From Nitrospirota bacterium (GTDB lineage: Bacteria; Nitrospirota; UBA9217): 25,341 nucleotides of DNA. Numbering within the stretch: the first letter of the stretch is position 1; every line of letters begins with the position of its first letter. Shown here piece by piece: positions 23,461 to 25,341 of the stretch. A program made the position numbers and the translations under genes. The DNA lies in contig JAOUEV010000050.1 of assembly GCA_029858565.1 (NCBI GenBank), forward strand, positions 1 to 25,341, written 5' to 3'. Below the pieces are notes generated by a model. It was not told where the DNA came from and ran no database searches. It worked only from the letters and a program-made list of their open reading frames with translations.

Positions 23461-24720
23461 TTAGGTGGCAATCCTTTCCTGCAGCACCGGCAGGGTTAAT
23501 ACATCAGGCAGGAGCCTGCTGCTTCGCGCTGCCGGCCTCCGGCCGGGAACGACCCGGTGATAGAGCGCTACGTAGTTCCGGGCCATGGCGTCCAGGGAGA
23601 AGCGGTCGCGCACGTGACTCCGGCACACAACAGGATCGATGGTGTCGATGCGGTTGGCCGCGGCGATCAGGGGCTCCAGCGAATCCACCACGAACCCCGT
23701 TTTCCCGTGCGCCACGATCTCCGGCACCGCGCCCTTGCTGAACGCGATGACCGGCGTGCCGCAGGCCATGGACTCCACCAGCACCAGCCCGAAGGGCTCG
23801 CCCCACTGGATGGGGAAGACCGTGGCTTGCGCGTGGAGATACCACAGCTTCTTCTGGGCGCTGTTGATCTCGCCGATATAGATGATCTGGTGGTCGCTGT
23901 CCGCAAGCGGCTTGATGACCCGGGCATAATAGTCGTCGCCCATCGGACCGGCGCCCGCGTCAACGATCAGGTCCAGCGAAGGCTTGAGGTCGGCGAAATA
24001 CTTCCTGTCCGCGGCCTTGTTCTGAACGCAGCCGGCAATGATCAGCTTGGATCCCGTGCGCTTGGCCAGGGCTATGGCCTCGCGCTGGCCCTTGTCGCTC
24101 GTCAGCCTGCCGATGGTGAAGAGGTAGCTTCCCCGTGCCGGCCTGGTCTTGAACGGGTAGTCCTCCACATCGATCCCGTGGTAGACCACCTGCGAGGCCT
24201 TCAGCTGTTCATGATACTGCTGCTTCTGGTATTCGCTGATCGACGCGCAATGCACCAGCGGCGCAAGCAGCGGATCGCACCAGCGCTCGTAGGCGCCCTT
24301 CAGCCGGCTTTCCTTCACAGACACGTGCAGGGTCATCACGATCGGCACCTGTCTGATGCGCGCCTCGTCATAGAGGAACTCGACGGCCTTGGGATCATGG
24401 GCGTGGATCACGTCGATGTCGCCCCGCTTGAACCTCCGCAGGGCCCGGGAATAGTGCGCTTGCGTTGCGGCGCGCTGCTCCCCGGTGTCGTCGCTCCAAT
24501 AGCTGCCGAAGCTCCGGTCAACGGTGACGCAGTGCTCCCCGTAGACCAGGGAATCGCCCGAACAGGCCACAATGGACCGGTGGCCCGCGGCATGGAGCCC
24601 CTTGTCAATGGAATGGACGATCGATTCAATGGGGCCGTACCCGATGTCCGGCCGGATCGGCTGGTTCAGGGTCCCCACCTGCAGTACGGTCAGTTGTTTG
24701 TCCTTGGTCAGCATGCTCAT
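23461..24720 (-). CDS. Glycosyltransferase family 4 (GT-B)
   Basis: GYGPIE, VYHGID, IGRLTSDKG and WGEPFGLVLVESMACGTPVI motifs; AGGAGG RBS. Confidence 0.93.
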   Translation of the reverse strand: MSMLTKDKQLTVLQVGTLNQPIRPDIGYGPIESIVHSIDKGLHAAGHRSIVACSGDSLVYGEHCVTVDRSFGSYWSDDTGEQRAATQAHYSRALRRFKRGDIDVIHAHDPKAVEFLYDEARIRQVPIVMTLHVSVKESRLKGAYERWCDPLLAPLVHCASISEYQKQQYHEQLKASQVVYHGIDVEDYPFKTRPARGSYLFTIGRLTSDKGQREAIALAKRTGSKLIIAGCVQNKAADRKYFADLKPSLDLIVDAGAGPMGDDYYARVIKPLADSDHQIIYIGEINSAQKKLWYLHAQATVFPIQWGEPFGLVLVESMACGTPVIAFSKGAVPEIVAHGKTGFVVDSLEPLIAAANRIDTIDPVVCRSHVRDRFSLDAMARNYVALYHRVVPGRRPAARSSRLLPDVLTLPVLQERIAT

Positions 24721-25027
24721 GGTCCTCCTTGGTGTTTCCCGGGGAATTGCGCCCCCAGGTCCTGCTGTTCCGTGAGCTGCTCCGGCACCGGGAGCGCGGC
24801 AGGACAGGGCGGAATAAGGTCCGCGCCGTGTTCTGCATAGGCGTGCCGGCGGCGCATCTGCTCGTTATTATTCACTATTTGTGTTTGCCTTGATCAGGTT
24901 GAATGGCGCAACAACACAAAGAGGGGATTGTTTCTACAAGGTCTGAAACTTCGCTTCTTTGGAGGGCTGGGGTCAGTATACAACTTATCGTGGGCAATAG
25001 CTCTCTATATATAAAGTAAGAAAAATG

Positions 25028-25339
25028 CTACTCCGCCAGCCTGGTTCCGGTCGAACCGGATGCCGGCGCCGGAACACCAGCGTGCGGCTTCTGCTGCTGC
25101 TTTGGTTTTGCCTGCTTCTCCCCCTGCTCTTTCTTCTTTTCCGCAGGCGCCGGCCCGGATACCGCCGGCTGTTCCCCCCTGATGACCCGGACGATCTTCG
25201 GATCTTCGATAAAAGGCAGATACTTCGGCAGGGTGAACTCGATGGCGTCCTTCTCGTTGACCAGCAGGTTGATCTCGTCGACCTTGCGGGTGAACGTCGC
25301 CAGCAGCACGCCGTCGGTCGTCCCGACAGTGAGCAGCAG
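25028..25339 (-). CDS. Hypothetical protein, 3' part only (start lies beyond the window)
   Basis: Frame is open to the window edge (LLLTVGTTDGVLLATF...); GC-rich coding-like codons and a low-complexity Pro/Lys/Gln tail. Confidence 0.7.
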   Translation of the reverse strand: MLLTVGTTDGVLLATFTRKVDEINLLVNEKDAIEFTLPKYLPFIEDPKIVRVIRGEQPAVSGPAPAEKKKEQGEKQAKPKQQQKPHAGVPAPASGSTGTRLAE

Positions 25340-25341
25340 GG

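Noticed and set aside
23557-24840. 427-aa plus-strand ORF
   Set aside because: Antisense shadow of the GT4 gene in GC-rich DNA; no recognisable motifs.
24833-24850. Sigma54-like CGGCACGCCTATGC upstream of the GT4 gene
   Set aside because: GG-to-GC spacing is 9 rather than the required 10 bp.
21089-24978. Three GGGTCAG motifs (~21098, ~21358, ~24970) reminiscent of REP-like elements
   Set aside because: Too short, flanks not conserved, and no RAYT transposase in the window; cannot be supported here.
1-25341. tRNA, rRNA or riboswitch genes
   Set aside because: No cloverleaf, rRNA-like or recognisable riboswitch consensus was seen in the intergenic regions; an Infernal/tRNAscan run would be needed to exclude them formally.

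Overview
Bacterial (probably anaerobe-type) DNA in two compositional blocks. About 1-21.3 kb is a lower-GC accessory island. It holds an IS256-family element (~6-1449), a DUF169 gene, and a tightly coupled 18-gene, ~17 kb minus-strand operon (19436->2241) that looks like an undescribed biosynthetic gene cluster. Gene order: MarR, TrpB2-like PLP enzyme A, Zn-dehydrogenase, inositol-3-phosphate synthase, TrpB2-like PLP enzyme B, NAD(P)-binding protein, KS, inactive KS/CLF, ACP, TIM-barrel 1, adenylate-forming ligase, CMD-family protein, TIM-barrel 2, Fe-S flavoprotein, UbiD, DUF362-ferredoxin, muconolactone-isomerase-like protein, MFS. Both TrpB2 paralogues carry non-canonical active-site motifs (GSFK for GSHK, GLRQH for GLRYH), and one has Gln in place of the catalytic Glu, which points to chemistry other than tryptophan synthesis. 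A 3'-truncated type I hsdM flanks the operon on the right, with an IS-end-like sequence at the break. From ~21.35 kb the DNA is clearly GC-richer backbone: a GH15 glycoside hydrolase, a GT4 glycosyltransferase and the 3' end of a hypothetical gene. All family calls come from motif recognition by eye; no searches were run.
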